A stretch of DNA of 63,910 bases, the filler included, from Thraustochytrium aureum (taxonomy: Eukaryota): assembly GCA_012862495.1 (NCBI GenBank). It is 4 parts of 2 records of this genome, joined end to end, with 100 filler letters (N's around TTAATTAATTAA, not from the genome) between each part and the next. Parts side by side here need not be neighbours in the genome. Positions count along the whole stretch, not along the records: positions 24,284 to 50,178 come from BLSG01000124.1; 3 more parts are not named here. One strand, given 5' to 3'. Both the position numbers and the translations under genes were made by a program. The notes beneath the pieces were generated by a model. The model made no database searches and had not been told where the DNA came from. It was given only the letters and a program-made list of their open reading frames with translations. Positions 32,781-47,200 of the stretch are shown here, piece by piece; within the stretch, counting starts at the first letter, position 1; every line of letters starts with the position of its first letter.

Positions 32781-35700
32781 AGTTCTCAATCGCATACAAC
32801 AGTCGGCGGCGCATTACCTCGGGGCTCGAATACCGCGGCAAGTCTACGGTGAAGTAGCACGTGTGCGCGTACGGAAGGAGCGAGTCGGCCGATGGGGTCG
32901 GCTTGCCAAAGCCGGGCCGCGGCGGGTGGAAGGCGGCAATCTTGTGCGGCTGCTCCCAATTCTCCTTGTCCAAGGGCAAGCGCGCTCGCCCCCACACAAA
33001 CTTGATGTACCCGGAGCGCTGCTCCTCAGTAAAGCTCTCCATCACTTGCCAAAAGTACTGGATATGCGGGTCCGACTCAGAGCAGTCCGAATAAACCGTC
33101 ATGCGCCGCAGCAAGGCCAGGTCGAGCCTTGGGCGCCCGCAAACCATCAGCTCGAGCTCGTCCCAGCGGAAGAGCATCAGCAGGCGCTGAGGCACTATCG
33201 TGGCCAGTCCGCGCCGGATCGCCTCAACCTGGACGTCGAACTCATGGACCTTGTAGTCCAGTGTGCGGCGCGCCCAGTCCGCATAATTGTCTGATGTGAC
33301 TTGGATGGCGTGGCCATTCGGGACGAGCTCCACCTCGCGCCCATCAAGCGTGATCACTGTAAAAAACACGTCTTGGGTTGCCAGCAGCGCCCCCGCGTCC
33401 GCCGTGCCTGGATCCGTATTGGACACCGTCAGGACGTCCACCGCGCGCAGGTCCTCGATGGTCGGCACCTGGTTGACCAGCGGCTTCCACACCAAACTCG
33501 GCAGTCGAAGGTCTAGCAGCTCCGTGTTGCGGATCGCAATGCCCATCAGCTTGCCGAGGAACTCAAACATGGAGATCTGCACTGGGGAAACGGCCGCAGG
33601 GTTGGGCAGCCACCGGTCTCGATTCACGCGGATCTGGTTGGCGCGGTTCGAGCAGGGCAAAAGGAGCCCGACGCCGGGAAGCGTCTGCAGCTCGTTGCAG
33701 TACTCAGAAAAGCTCTGCCGGTAGGGCCCTCCGTCATCATGGCTCGCCATCCCGCGCATCACGCACTTGTACAGTTTTCCATGCGCGCGGAGAGTCTTTG
33801 GCGGCATGGGATGGATCACACGGAACGCCTGCGCAAAAACGGTGTGCCGCCCGTGCACGTCCGCCAGGTGGCGGCGCGACATTGCCCGCCCAAAGTCGAG
33901 AATCACCTCAAACTTGTGAATGTCCTCCGCTTTGGTTGACGACACGGCATCCGTCCAGAGCGGCAGCTTGAACTTGTCAAATATGAGGCCGCAGCACTCG
34001 CTCAAGAACGCCGCCGAGCTCGAAGGCTCCTTCCAGGCCGTCAAGTCGAGCAGACCGAGCGCGTCGTACACTGAGCTGTTCAGGGCGCGCAGAAGGTCGT
34101 AGCGCTGGGCAATGTCGTCCAAAACGCGCTCCAGTAGCCCGTGTTCGACCGTAAAATCGTCACCGACGCGAACGCGTGTGCACTCGGTCAGCGTCCCGGA
34201 TGCGGAGACGCTGGACGGGAGAGCGTTCAGCGACCAGCTCGTAGTGCCGTCGCTCGTGCCGTCTTCGCTGGAGCCTAGCTTCGGCCCAGGATCGCTTTGC
34301 AGTGCGGCTAGCTCACTGGCCCGACTTTGGATCAACGCGATCAAGCACGAGTTGGCTTTGAGAGCGAGCTCTGTTTCCTCCGGAGAACCGGGGCCACCCT
34401 CGAGACGCGGCGCGTCTGAGACAGAGCCGTCGCCGCTGCCCAGCCCCGCGCGCTGCGGTTCCAAGGGTGACCCGCCGCCCAAGGTGTCGGCGCGGCTGCC
34501 GTCTCCTTCCTCCGCGACCGACGCCCGCTGAGGCGCGATTTCCAACGGCGAGATGGAAACAAGGTCGTCCCACTCCATGCGCAAGAGCTGGTCTAGCTCA
34601 ACGCCGCTCCCTTCCACGGCCTCGTTCACAAAGCCAACTAAAAGTTCGTCCTGCCTCTGGGCCCAGGAACGCTGGCGCAGCAAATAGGACCAGTAAGTAA
34701 GGTCCAAGCTTGCAGCTGGGCCTTTCCGCCGCTGTCCACGACGGCCTCTGCGCTGAGCTGCGCAGAGTCAAACGCCGGCTCCACGACGACCTTGAAGCCC
34801 CACCCCTCAATCGGATACATCACCGCCATCGAGCCGACCTCCACTTTTACAATGGAGACGCGCTGGTAGCTCGAGCTCAACGAGACGGCCGGCACGACGC
34901 GCTTCGGGAGCCCAGACACCGTGTCCAAAACCACCTTGCCGCGGAGAAAGGTCACGCTACGGCCGGCGACGTCCACAGAGACGGTTATCACCTCCCCTAC
35001 CTGCAGCGCCTTCCCGGAAGTGCGCCCTCGCACGGCGACACCATCGACGTAAAGCGAGCCATCGCGCTTGAGCGCCCACGACCCCGCCACGTTCATCGGC
35101 GTGCTGCCCTCCTTTTCGTTCGCGGGACCGCCAAACCCTCCGTCAGCGGCAATAACCCCAATGAACAGGTTGGACCCCGCGTTGGAGTCGATGCGAAACT
35201 TTACGTTCACCTTGCCCACTGAAGCGTCCACCACCCGATTGAGGCGCTGGGTGCCCCACCCCTGCCGAGTGTTGCGCGTAAGCGACCGGTCGCTATTGTA
35301 CAGCTCGATGCCGTCGCCAAGGTTCTCCGTAGAAAAGCTCGTCGCCGTGTCATCCGTCGAGAGCTCGCCAAGCGGCTCTGCCGACCCGGGACCATCAACG
35401 CGGTTCGCATCTGACGCCCGCGAGCCACCATGTTGGTCGAGCCGCGTCAAGTTCAGGCTCAGGCAGTTCCAAGGGAGCCAGTACTGCGCTCCCAGCTTTT
35501 CCCACATCACCTGGCAAGGCAGGTCGTCGCCGTCGTCGATGCGAATCACCTCGCCCACGTCGCCCTCGTCCACGCTCTCGTAACGCGTCGAGCATCGCAC
35601 CTTGTCGTGGACATGGCAATTGCGCACCATGTACTTCGCAAACTCACCGGCTTTGGTAAAGTCAGTCGCCTCCAAGAAACGAGTCCCGACTTGCTCCAGT

Positions 35701-38700
35701 GCAGCCGCAGAGCCGTCCTCCTCGTCAATAGCCTCGTCCCCAACCAGGCTCGATCCGCGCCGGGCCCTGTCGCCCTCTGCTGCGACAGCAAATGTCGCCC
35801 CAACCCTGTCAGGGCCTGCCTCGGCCGCACCAACCCTGCTCTTGAGCACCACGTGCCGGTTGTCCACACCGCCGATTTCGCGCACGGTCAGCAGCTCGAG
35901 ATTGTCGAGAGACGCTTGGAATACGGGGCGCCCTGGCGCATCGCGGATGCAAATCTCAGCCTCAAGCTTGATTGCGTCCACCGCTAAGAGAGTCGCCAAC
36001 GCCCCAGCGCGAAAGCCGTAGCGTTTCGACGCGGGCCGAACACGAAGTTGCATCCCAGGAACGATCACGTCTGCGAGAAACTCGCAATACTCATCCTTGG
36101 AAGAAAAGTGGACGCGCTTTCGGTAGGGGATGCGCGTCAGGTTCTGCGTGCGCGCCATGACTGCGAGGAACTGACGGCAGTACGTGCAAGGTACGATCGT
36201 TCCCAAGCCGCGTCGCTGCACAGGTCGCAGTACAGCAAGTCTTTGAAGCGCGAGCGGTCGTCCGCCGGGTCGCGCGAGACCCCTGCCACCATCGGCCGGC
36301 CTTTCACATTGCGTGGCACAAACGCGGCGCAGTCGGGGCACTGCCGGTCCCCGAATGGGCCGCACATTCCGTGCCCTTGCGACCACCCCACGATTTCCGA
36401 CCAGTTCCGCCCGCAATAAAACTTTGCGCGAAAGAACTGCTTCGTGCCCATCCAAACGTAGGCGCCAGCTCGATTTTGCAACCCTGCCACCGCGACGTCT
36501 CGAGAGGCCTCCACGAACTGCGACGAAGTCATCCCCAGGTCGTCCTCAAACTCTGTGCCAACGGAGGCGCCACTCCGGGGAGCGGTCTTGCTCGCGTCAC
36601 GTACGCTAATGGCCATCGTGGATCCAGAGACCACGGAGAGATTCGGAGGCATGCCGCCGTACCCAACGATGGTTTGGTCGCCAACGGTAACCACAATGGC
36701 CTTGTCGTGCATCCCTTTAGAGAGGCACGATCGAGGATCCCAGCGAAGGCGTAGCGCAGTCGCCCCCGGGATTGTGACCCGCTGCTCGTCAATGATGCCG
36801 CCCTCTGCGCCGTTTACCGCGTGCGAACCCTTTCGAGCAGGCAGCGGCTCGGCTGCTCTGCCTTGAGCCGTTGCGCGTTCGCCAACAACCCTGCTATGAT
36901 CCACAAGCCCATCGCCATCTACGGCTTCGGCACGCGCGTGGGCGCGCTCGTGCAACGGCGCGCTGACAGATCCAAAGCCAATGTCCTCGGAAAATGGTCT
37001 GGCCGGCGAGCGGGCGAAGCCGGCTGCACCTTCAAAGACTGGGTGGCGACTCTCCAGAACACCTTGCCGCTTGCGCTGGCACCAGAGCCCGAACTGCTCC
37101 TTCAGGAACCGCTCCGGGGGGAGGCTCCGGCACGCAAACGCCTTTAGCAGCTCAGTCGCCGTCACCAGCGAGTCAAGCCACTCCGCGTTGTCGAGCAAGG
37201 CGCTCTCCGACTCGTCCTCATCCCCGTCGCCTCCATCCCCGCTCTGCATCCGGGAAAGTGCACCACGGACGCCGCGGTAAGAGATACCCTTTTTCGCCAG
37301 CTGCGCTTGACTGAACGTTGCTTCGCCCCGGCGGCGCCGAAAAGTGAGTCTCACTTCGTCCTGCGTGCTCTGCAAGAGCGCGATGGAATGCGAAAGCGCC
37401 CGCGTCACGCCATCCCCACCGTTGCGACCCGCATCCAGGCCGCGAAGAGCATCTGACGCCGCGCTTGGTACTCTTGACGACCGCGGCCGTGCAACCTCCA
37501 GCGCGGGCAGCCAAACACCGTTGCACAAGTACGGCTTGGTCATGTCCACTTCCGGCTCAACACGACTCGAGCCCGCGTCTTGCTTCACGGGGGCGTTCGG
37601 GACGTCCTCACGGATACGCGGGCCCGCGATGCCAAGCATGAGAAGCGGAGTCCTCTCTTCTGGGGCAAGAGCGTCGAGGTACAGTCCCTCAACTCCAATA
37701 AGCTCGTCGCCGACTGCCAGAACGCCCCCGAGGCTGGCCAAGTTGGCTGCCTCGCCCTGATCGCCACGGTCAGCGGGGGTTTCGCGAATCGCACTGACGC
37801 AGAGGCGTCCGTTAAAGTGCTCGTACGAAACAACTGCGGGCGTCAGCAGGAACTGAGCCGCCACGCGCACCTCAAAGTCGACCCATGCGGTCTCTTCGTC
37901 CATGGTCCGCCGGGGTGAGTCCACAACAAAAGGCTCGCCATCCAAGCCGTCCTTTCGGGTGAGGTCATCAACGGCGACGAGGCACTTGAGCAAGCGCTGG
38001 AAACGGAGCCCCGCGAAAGCGCCGTCCTCCTCCACTTCGCCCGCCTCACCGGCCAGACTACCCCCTACTAATTTGGAGGCAGCCCCTCCCCCGAGCGCGT
38101 TGTTCTGGGAGCGAGATGTTCCCGGCGAGGCTTGGCGAAGGGTCTGCGGCAGCATCGCGCCCACTGTCGCCAACGTGGCGGCCTCTGCGTCGTCTTGGCC
38201 GACCGAATCCCGCGGCGGGCTCTCGGCCCCGCTGCTACTCGCCCCTATGCCGCCGCCAGCAGCTGCTGTCTTCGCCTTGGCCATGTCGCGGAGCCGCCGT
38301 TGGCGCTGCTTGTTCATGTCGTTCACCTTGCGCTCCAACACAGCCTGCAGCAGAATCAGACCTTCCGTGGGGCGGCGGGGGAGGGGACGCACCTGGCCAA
38401 CCTCGCTGGTCTCCGCCTCCACGACACTTGCGCACAGCTGCGTCACCATCTCAACAACTGGGAGCCACGCCTCGTACAGCAGCGAAGTGGTCTCCTCGGG
38501 GTCTCGGGAATCCCCATCGATGCAAAAGATGCCATACTCGCACAACCGCCGAACAGCGCAGACTAGCCCACGGACGCCAAGCGCGTCGAGGCCATTCACA
38601 AACTGCTCGCGCACCAAGATCTGCAGGAGCCAGCACGCCTGGCGGACCGCCTCGTCCACTCGAAGCCCAGAGGAGAGGAACGAACTGAAGACATCTTCAG

Positions 38701-40381
38701 CACTTTGGCGCAGGTACCGCGGCGTATCGCTCGTCCCACCAGCGTTCGCGACCAGTATTGTCGCGCACCAACCTGCTCGCCCGTGCCACAGCCTCGTGCG
38801 GTGTGGCCCTCCCACGAACGGGACAACTACGTTCTTCGGCATCAGGTAAAACACCTCGACTGGCTTGGGCGCCCACGACTCCTCAATTTTTCTCTTGCCC
38901 GGCGTGTACGCCACGTTGAGCCGTCCCCGTGGGTTAATCACTCCAAGATACTGGCCCTGCGCGATGTGAACCGCCCCCTGCACAGGCACCGATTGAATGT
39001 CTGTTGAGTGAGGGTTGAAGTGAATGCTCGCTCTCGTTGGGTGCTGCGGCGTCCCGGCAACCCGAAAAACGTACTCGTGTCGCCGGCTCGCTCGCACACA
39101 ATGACGTCCCAGCTGCCATCGCCGCCTGCTGGCGGCTCGGCCAGGCGCAGTTTGACAGATTGGACCACGCCATCCGCGGCCGCAGGGCTGTTGATGATGC
39201 TCACCTGCGCAGAATCCGCTTTGCCGCTGGGCGGGATGTCCCCTCGGTACCTATCGGCAATGAGCATGTACGTCTCCTCGCCAGTGAGCTGATGCGCCGC
39301 GCCGGTAAAAGCACTCGGCGCTTCGGTGTCCCGAGCGGGGCTTGTACTGGCGGGCTCCTCGGGAGAGCGCAGGCCTGGGTTGCGCCCTGCCGCTGACGCG
39401 AACAAGCCACCCGCCACCTCGGACGGGCCGCTGTCAGAGTCACGAATTGGGGATACGACCGAGGTAAATATTCGTGGAGCAGCCGCAGCCGCGCGCGACA
39501 CATCGCGCGGCGCAGAGGTGGAGAGGTACGGGTGCCGTCGAACGTATCGCGCTGGAACATTCGCCTCAAAGTCACCGTCGTCGAAAGCGATATCAAAGCT
39601 CTCCCCGCCCTCGTAGACGCGGGCGACATGGCCATCGAACCACCTATACTGTCGCTGGTACCGCGCCTGGACAGGCTCGCCCAGAACTAACGGCCCGCTG
39701 CGCGCAATTGCGGNNNNNNNNNNNNNNNNNNNNNNNNNNNNNNNNNNNNNNNNNNNNNNNNNNNNNNNNNNNNNNNNNNNNNNNNNNNNNNNNNNNNNNN
39801 NNNNNNNNNNNNNNNNNNNNNNNNNNNNNNNNNNNNNNNNNNNNNNNNNNNNNNNNNNNNNNNNNNNNNNNNNNNNNNNNNNNNNNNNNNNNNNNNNNNN
39901 NNNNNNNNNNNNNNNNNNNNNNNNNNNNNNNNNNNNNNNNNNNNNNNNNNNNNNNNNNNNNNNNNNNNNNNNNNNNNNNNNNNNNNNNNNNNNNNNNNNN
40001 NNNNNNNNNNNNNNNNNNNNNNNNNNNNNNNNNNNNNNNNNNNNNNNNNNNNNNNNNNNNNNNNNNNNNNNNNNNNNNNNNNNNNNNNNNNNNNNNNNNN
40101 NNNNNNNNNNNNNNNNNNNNNNNNNNNNNNNNNNNNNNNNNNNNNNNNNNNNNNNNNNNNNNNNNNNNNNNNNNNNNNNNNNNNNNNNNNNNNNNNNNNN
40201 NNNNNNNNNNNNNNNNNNNNNNNNNNNNNNNNNNNNNNNNNNNNNNNNNNNNNNNNNNNNNNNNNNNNNNNNNNNNNNNNNNNNNNNNNNNNCGCTGTGT
40301 CTTGCTCGGCGGACGAGTCTGCAACTTCGTACAGTGCGTTGATCTTTTGGATCATCTGCTGGCTCGCGCTTGCGTGCTGGC

Positions 40382-40416
<35 letters not shown>

Positions 40417-43400
40417 ATGGGCCCACCTGCTGCCATGTTTGGGGGCGAGGACCCCTGGCTGGTTCGCTTGAGCGGCCCTGCTTCAGAACCCCCCAATGAG
40501 GAATGCGACAAGCTTGAAAGTGCTCGCGACTCGCGTCGCGCGACGCCGTTCGCACCGCCAGCCACGTCTCCCTCCTCCTCAGACTCTTCGTCAAAGGCGT
40601 CCTGGAGCGACAGCGGATCGCGGGCCCAGTCTTCTTCAACCAACATGCTCTGAGCCCCAATGTTGCCTTCCGACTTGCTACGCTCCGCGCGTACCGCAGC
40701 CGACCCACTGCTCCGGCGGCGCCGAAAATCATGTGCGTGCGGCGAACCCTCACGAAACGCGCGGTGGGCCGCGTGTGGCGCATCGGTGTGCAGCTCGGTG
40801 GAGGCGAGACCCTCGTACAATAAAACCGAGACACGGGCGGAGCGAGCCTCGATGTGAGAGGTTGGCCCGCTTAGCAGCAAGTGGCGCTGGGCCAACGAGC
40901 GCCCCGTGTCTGACTGGGACATGCGAAGGTTGGAGATCCGGATCCGCACCTCCTGATGATTGCCGTATGCCGCCACGCAAGGATAAACGCCCCACATGGC
41001 CTCCTTGTGAAGATTGAAAAAGATTCGGACCATCGGCTCTTGGTTGAGCCCAACACACAGCGAGCCCAGGTCCATGTCAACAAGAAAACGCACCGTGTCG
41101 CCAGGATGCACCTTGAAGCCGCGGGCGCCGTCCCAGGCCGTTGGGATCCCTTTGTGGAGTCGGCTCCCATTGTAGCACTGCAAAAGCCAAAAGTCGGGCG
41201 AAGGCTTTAGCAGATTGTCGGTTGTCCAACTTTCGTTGCCAAACTCTGACCCCAGTCGCGCCAACGTAGTGACACCCAAGAGCGAGGTCTCGTCCTCCCG
41301 CGCGTCGCTCAACAAGGTGCACTCCCAATAGTGGCGTCCGCGCACCATCGGGGGGACGTCAAGGGTGACTGCGCGATGGAGCTTGCCAGCTGCAGCAAAG
41401 GTCACCTCCCCGGACCCCGAGGGCCGCGTAGAGGTCGCACTCTCGCGGTCCCCGAATCCAAAGTCGCTTTCGCCTCCACCGAGTACCGCAGAGTCATCGT
41501 CACCGTCAGAAGAGCGCCCGCTCTCGACGGGGCTCAGGTCCCCAGCCGAGTCTGAGGTTTGAATGCGGAGCTTTTGCGCAACCCTCTCGCTGATCGACCA
41601 GAGCACTGGAACAGGCTCCAATTCACGCGTTACCGAGGCGGCGCGCGACTCGCGAAGCAGCTGAGGAAGCAGGGCCGCTCCTATCGTCTCGGTCAACGAC
41701 TGGCTCTCCAGCAAAATGCTCACCACCTTGATGGCTCGAGCCTTCACGTCAGTCTCAGCAAGCGAGCGCGGCGCTCGCTTCAGTATTCGCTGCAAGGACT
41801 TGACAACATCTTGGCCAAGAGCGTCTAGGAGGCCAACAGGTGGCAAGGATCGAAGTGGTACGAGAGCGCAACCATCCTCGATCAGCACATCCGGATTTGT
41901 CGCAGCCCCCACCCTGCTGGCTGACGCACCAGCNNNNNNNNNNNNNNNNNNNNNNNNNNNNNNNNNNNNNNNNNNNNNNNNNNNNNNNNNNNNNNNNNNN
42001 NNNNNNNNNNNNNNNNNNNNNNNNNNNNNNNNNNNNNNNNNNNNNNNNNNNNNNNNNNNNNNNNNNNNNNNNNNNNNNNNNNNNNNNNNNNNNNNNNNNN
42101 NNNNNNNNNNNNNNNNNNNNNNNNNNNNNNNNNNNNNNNNNNNNNNNNNNNNNNNNNNNNNNNNNNNNNNNNNNNNNNNNNNNNNNATCCTTGAGTCACA
42201 CCCGCCAGCAAAGTTGGACATGTTTCGAGCCGGAATACCCTGTCGGCGGCGCGCACCTCGCCTTCTCGCACCAAGTCGACCCACTTCGTTGCCTTCTGCA
42301 GGTAGAGCACGCGCACAGTACGCAGTGACTCTGCGCTTGGACCGAGCCGAATCTCCACCTTCTCCGGCGAGTAGTTCTCAAAACTCTCGTTGGTCAGCAT
42401 GCTGATCGTGTGATGACGACGCCGGCCGGGCAAGTCAGCTGGATCCAGTGCGGCAGATACCCGTTGCTTTCCCAGTAGCTCGGCGTGGCGTCCAGAACCG
42501 AGCCAGCCCGACCCACCGAGCCCTGCGCTTCTTCAGTGGACACGTGCACTTTCACGCGAGAGGTGACGTCGATGGGCTGGTTGCGATGGCGCCGCCTCCG
42601 TCGCCGCACGCGGGCCAGCGCCGATTCGCTGGGACCGGCGTCGCCGCGACCAGGTGGCACCTGGCCGAGAATCACAACCTCATTTTTTGCCAAGAGGCCC
42701 GTTGGAGTTGCCGCAAACGCGCGAGCGCCGACGCGCGGGTGCTCGTACACGCCACCCAAGACAGCGAGAGCTGCGACCGCGTTCTGAAGCACGCCTTCGC
42801 CCAAATCTTGAGCTGCAGCGTCCAGCGAGCTTGCAAGCCGCTCGAGCTCGAAAGCGATCCACCGTGCCATGCACGACGCCCACACCTCCTTTTCGCAGAG
42901 GGTGTGAAGTAGCTCTACAAGCTGCATCGCCATCGCCATCGCCTCGCTCGCATTTTGCCGGAGTGCGGACTCGTGCCCCGAGTCGTGGAATAGGTTGATG
43001 GAGCGCCCAACGCTCTGAGTGATCAGAAAGACCATCGCGTTTCCAGTGTCTGGCGGCAAAACAATCTTCAGCGAGCTCATCACGGCCTTCGCGCAGGTGC
43101 TCGCTGCGCCAGGCGAGACATCCAAGAGCAACACGCTGAGCACGCGCGCAGCAGCAACGCGAAGCTCGAGCGTCGCTGTGCCCGCAACGCACGTTTCCAG
43201 CAAGAGGGCCAAGGGAAAGGGCGCAGTGAGCCGAGCTCGACCCACTGGCGAGGCGCAGGCTGCGTACGTCAGAGAGAGCACTTGAAGAGCTCGCACGTTG
43301 TACTGTTCGCTGCGCAGGTCGTCCGCGAGGGCACTCGAGCCTGGAAGACGTGAGGGTCCGCCGGTCGACGTTTCCGAACGGAACTCGCTGTCCTCGTCTG

Positions 43401-44181
43401 ATCTCTGATCCCTCCGGTAGTCCACATCATCAAAGTAGAAGTCGTCGTCGTGGTCGTGGTCGTGCTCTTCGTCGTCCGATCCTGGTTGCTCGCCAGCATC
43501 CGCTGCCTCGGCTCCAGCGGCCTTCGAATCGCTCTCTTCGTTTCCCCCGTCGACCGCAAAGTCGGCGAGCGGCAGGCGCAGACGCACCCCGCCGTGACTA
43601 GCAGACGGCAGACTCGCCGTGCTCGGCTTTGTAAACGAGAATTTCGGGGTGAGCCCTTCAGACCCAACAGGAGGCGACGCGGTCGAGGGGCGGATGTGCA
43701 GGTCGTGCAGGACAACGCCACGCGCACAAGGCCTGACGGGCCCCATTCCCCACTCTGGGCAGCGCCCAATATAAACGGGAGCAAACACTGCAAACTCCTC
43801 AACTGGGCCGCAAAGCGGCTTTCCTCGGGTCTCAGGTCCCCGAAAAGGGTCTGGAGTTCTCAACCCAAAAGGTCCGCCGGCACGGCGCCGCTCCGACAGG
43901 AGGACCTTGAGCGACTCTACGTGCTCGGACTCGTCACAGCCGATGTCGGTCATGACTTTCAGCAGCCGCTGCTCGAGGCTGTTTTCTGGCCGGTAGCCCA
44001 CGCGATCCGCTTGGACTGCTTTTCGAAATCGCTTCGAGAACGACGTGAAGAGCGCCGGAGTGCCAACTGGCACCTCAAGCAACCACGAGACAGGGGCTGT
44101 AAGGATGTGCTCAAGCCCACCTGCGAGAAGTGGATCATCGAGTATCCCAGCCACGGCTTCCTCCTCGTCCTCGTCCTCGTC

Positions 44182-44216
<35 letters not shown>

Positions 44217-47200
44217 CTTCCCGTCGCACGGCACCACCCGCCGCGCTCTTCAGCGTGCGCGCTCCACGTTTCTCACGTCGGCGCTGTCGGCGAAGCGAGG
44301 CGGCCCGATCCAAGATGGAGTGAAGGTTTATGAGAACGCACATCGTCTCAGCCTTGCCACCGAGTACAAGGCCTGTGACTCCAGAGTATGGCCCCTTGAG
44401 AACACGTACACAGTCTCCGGGTTTCAGTTTGCTCGACGTGGGGCGCTCTTCTCGCAGATCCACCGGGAGCTGGCCGAGCTCAAACAAGGCGTTCTCGAAA
44501 ACCTCGAGTGTATAGACGCGCTGCTCCTTGCCCTTTTCGTCCTCTGGAAACACACGAAGAATGTACAGCTCAAGCGTGTCAAAGTTCTTCAGACAAACAC
44601 TTGCGTGGCAGGGCACGCTGTCAGGCAGGGGATACTCTGAGACGAGCGTTGCTTGCGCACCGACAAGGTCGCCGACGCGCACCACGAGACGCTGCTTATC
44701 GTCCAAACCTAGCTCGATCCAAGCAAATCGCGAGCGGGCCGATCGCTCCGGGCCTGGAGGGCCAGCAATGTACTGCGAAGAGGCAAGTCCGATTGCGTCG
44801 TGTTCTTGCTGAGGATTGCCAAGCGAGAACACGCGGCCGCGCGAAAACTTGCCCTTTCGAATCACTAGCGTGGCACCAAAGGAACTCACCGCATGCAAAT
44901 GGGCCGCCGGGCCGACGAGCCCAAGCGGCTCTGTTGCAAGCTCAACTGGCTCCTCGTCGATTTTGAGGACCGGGACGGCATGCTCCGGGTCTGGAATAGC
45001 GTGGCGATGTAGTCCCTGGTCAAACTTGATCGTCGGGGTTTTTCGGAGCGAGGTCTCGAGCAGGGCAACCAGGACATCCAAAAGACTCTGCTGCAAAGAG
45101 TTGCCGGAGGTGAAACGGCGGTCTGCCGACGCCGGCGCCCCGAGCCCCGCGGCCTCCCCGCTCTCGCAAATGCACCTCCGCAACAAGAGCTCAAAGCATT
45201 TCCAAGCCATTGACCGAATCGTCGAGGTCCCGGGGCTCTCGCTAAACTTGTGGAACAGGACAGCGCGCACTGCTGTTACGAGTTCACTGCGAGCAAGCAG
45301 GTCGAAATCGCTTTCGACGTAGTCCAAAGCAGCAACCTGCAAGAACTGCCCAAGCTGCGAAACCAATTGTGTCGAGAGGACGTGCAGGTTGTGGCGATGG
45401 CGCGCAGAGTCTTCTGGGCGGTCCGCGATCTTGCTCTCCCCGCGCATTGCCTTTTGGACTGAGGCGAGCTGGCGAACGGTGAGCAGAATGAGAGCAGCGA
45501 CAGAACGCAAGAATCCGAGGAACTTGGCCCCGACCGCGTCGCGAAGTTCGATGCTGCACCCCGGAAGGTCGGCAAGGTAGTGCGCTTCGAGGACCGCTGG
45601 CGAAACGCTGTCGCCTCCGTTCTCCCCGGGCCGCGGCTCGACGGCCGCAACAGCCGAAGCCCGCAGCGCAGCGTTGGCAAGGTTGTCGGCGACCCGAGCA
45701 GACCCCTCCGAAATGTCTCCAAGCGCTCGGTTTTGCGAGCCAGCCGTGCCTGCCGCCCCAAGAGCAAGCGATGATGCGGCTACGGAGGCCGCGATGCCCG
45801 CAACAACCTGCTGCGTCCCGGGCGAAGCCACTGCGACACAGTAGCTGATCCGAGCACCGGTTGCAGCCGACAGGGCGTGCGTGCTGTCGAAACCGCGCAT
45901 GGCCCGAGCCGTCGCGTGAAGGACCGTGTCAAATAACGCCCTGCCCTCGCGGTGCCTCTGCTGCAAGCGGGCGAGGCCAATCAGCGTGTTAATGAAATCA
46001 AATCCTGCCACGCGAAGGAGAGCCCGCTCGTTTCGCCCCTCAAGCGCAAGTCGGAGCGTCTCTGCGTCGAGCGGGACGGCGGCCTTGAGAAACGTGTCCA
46101 CCGACTCGGAGAGCGACTGGTCGTGCTCTTGCACGACAATGTCGACGTCGCCGTCCGCTTCCGCCATCGAAGTTCGCCGCAAGCCCCCGCTCATGCGTTC
46201 GCGGCGCCGGGCTTGACCCTGAAAGCTGAAGTGCGACGAGCTGCTTGAAGAACTCGTCGTGCTCGTGTTGGACTTGGCCGAAAGAATGTGGGGCGGTGTG
46301 TGGAGCGGACTATCCCCACCGTACTGCTGGGCGCTGTTGCTCCGCCCAAGGCGAAGCAGCGGGAACCGGCCGCGCTGTTTGCCTCCCTGCAGCATTGCGA
46401 CAGGCGTCTCCTCGCCCGAGTCAAAGTCTCGGCTGAAGGTGCGTTCCCGACTGTAGGAGCGCTCCCTGGCAAATTCCGAGCCTGTCGCGCCGCCGCTCCC
46501 ATCGACCGACCATTGCCTGGTCAATGTCCCAGCCCGCGCGCGAGTCAGAGGCAGAGCCATTTTTTGCGCCGCGTTTCGGTGCATGTCTACCATGGCTCGC
46601 AAGGAAGAGAGTGCCCGCACAGCGCCCAATACGACATTCCACCGTTGCTGGTTCTGCAACATTTGCTGCGTCTTTGGGCAAAAGTGCCGCCGGAGCCGGT
46701 GCCACCGAGCCTTGGCTGCGTCTTGCCGTGCCGACCGCAGGGAGATCATCCGTGACGTGGGGGGGGCCACATCCGATATCAAAAAGGACGCTCTGTGCGC
46801 CACGATCTCGCAAAGCGCGGCGTACTGGGGCTCCTCGGGGTCCTCAAAGTCACCAACCGAAGCGAGCGACGCTAGGAGACGGCGCTGTAGCGGCGAGCCG
46901 GGCGGCAAGCTCGCCTCGATATGGTGCTGGACCTGGCCGTTCACAACCAGGTTGTCTGCCCAAGACCTGATATACTGTGCCGCGCTCCACACTTTCAGCA
47001 ACTTGGGGGAAGGTGGGTCTGGTGTAGCACCAGAGAGCGTTGCGCGAGCAATGCGGAGCGACTCGCGCTCGAGCCCGTTCACCCGAATCAGAGCAGCGCC
47101 GAGAGCTGCTGCGGCGCGGTGCGTGAAAAAGCCCTGATCAAGCGCAACGCGTTGCGCTCGGAGGAATTTGAAGAGGGCGCCGCCATGCGTCTGGGGCGAG

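Noticed and set aside
40383..40416. (CTG)n tracts here and at about 44185-44213
   Set aside because: Ordinary polyglutamine runs in disordered linkers of the HECT protein.
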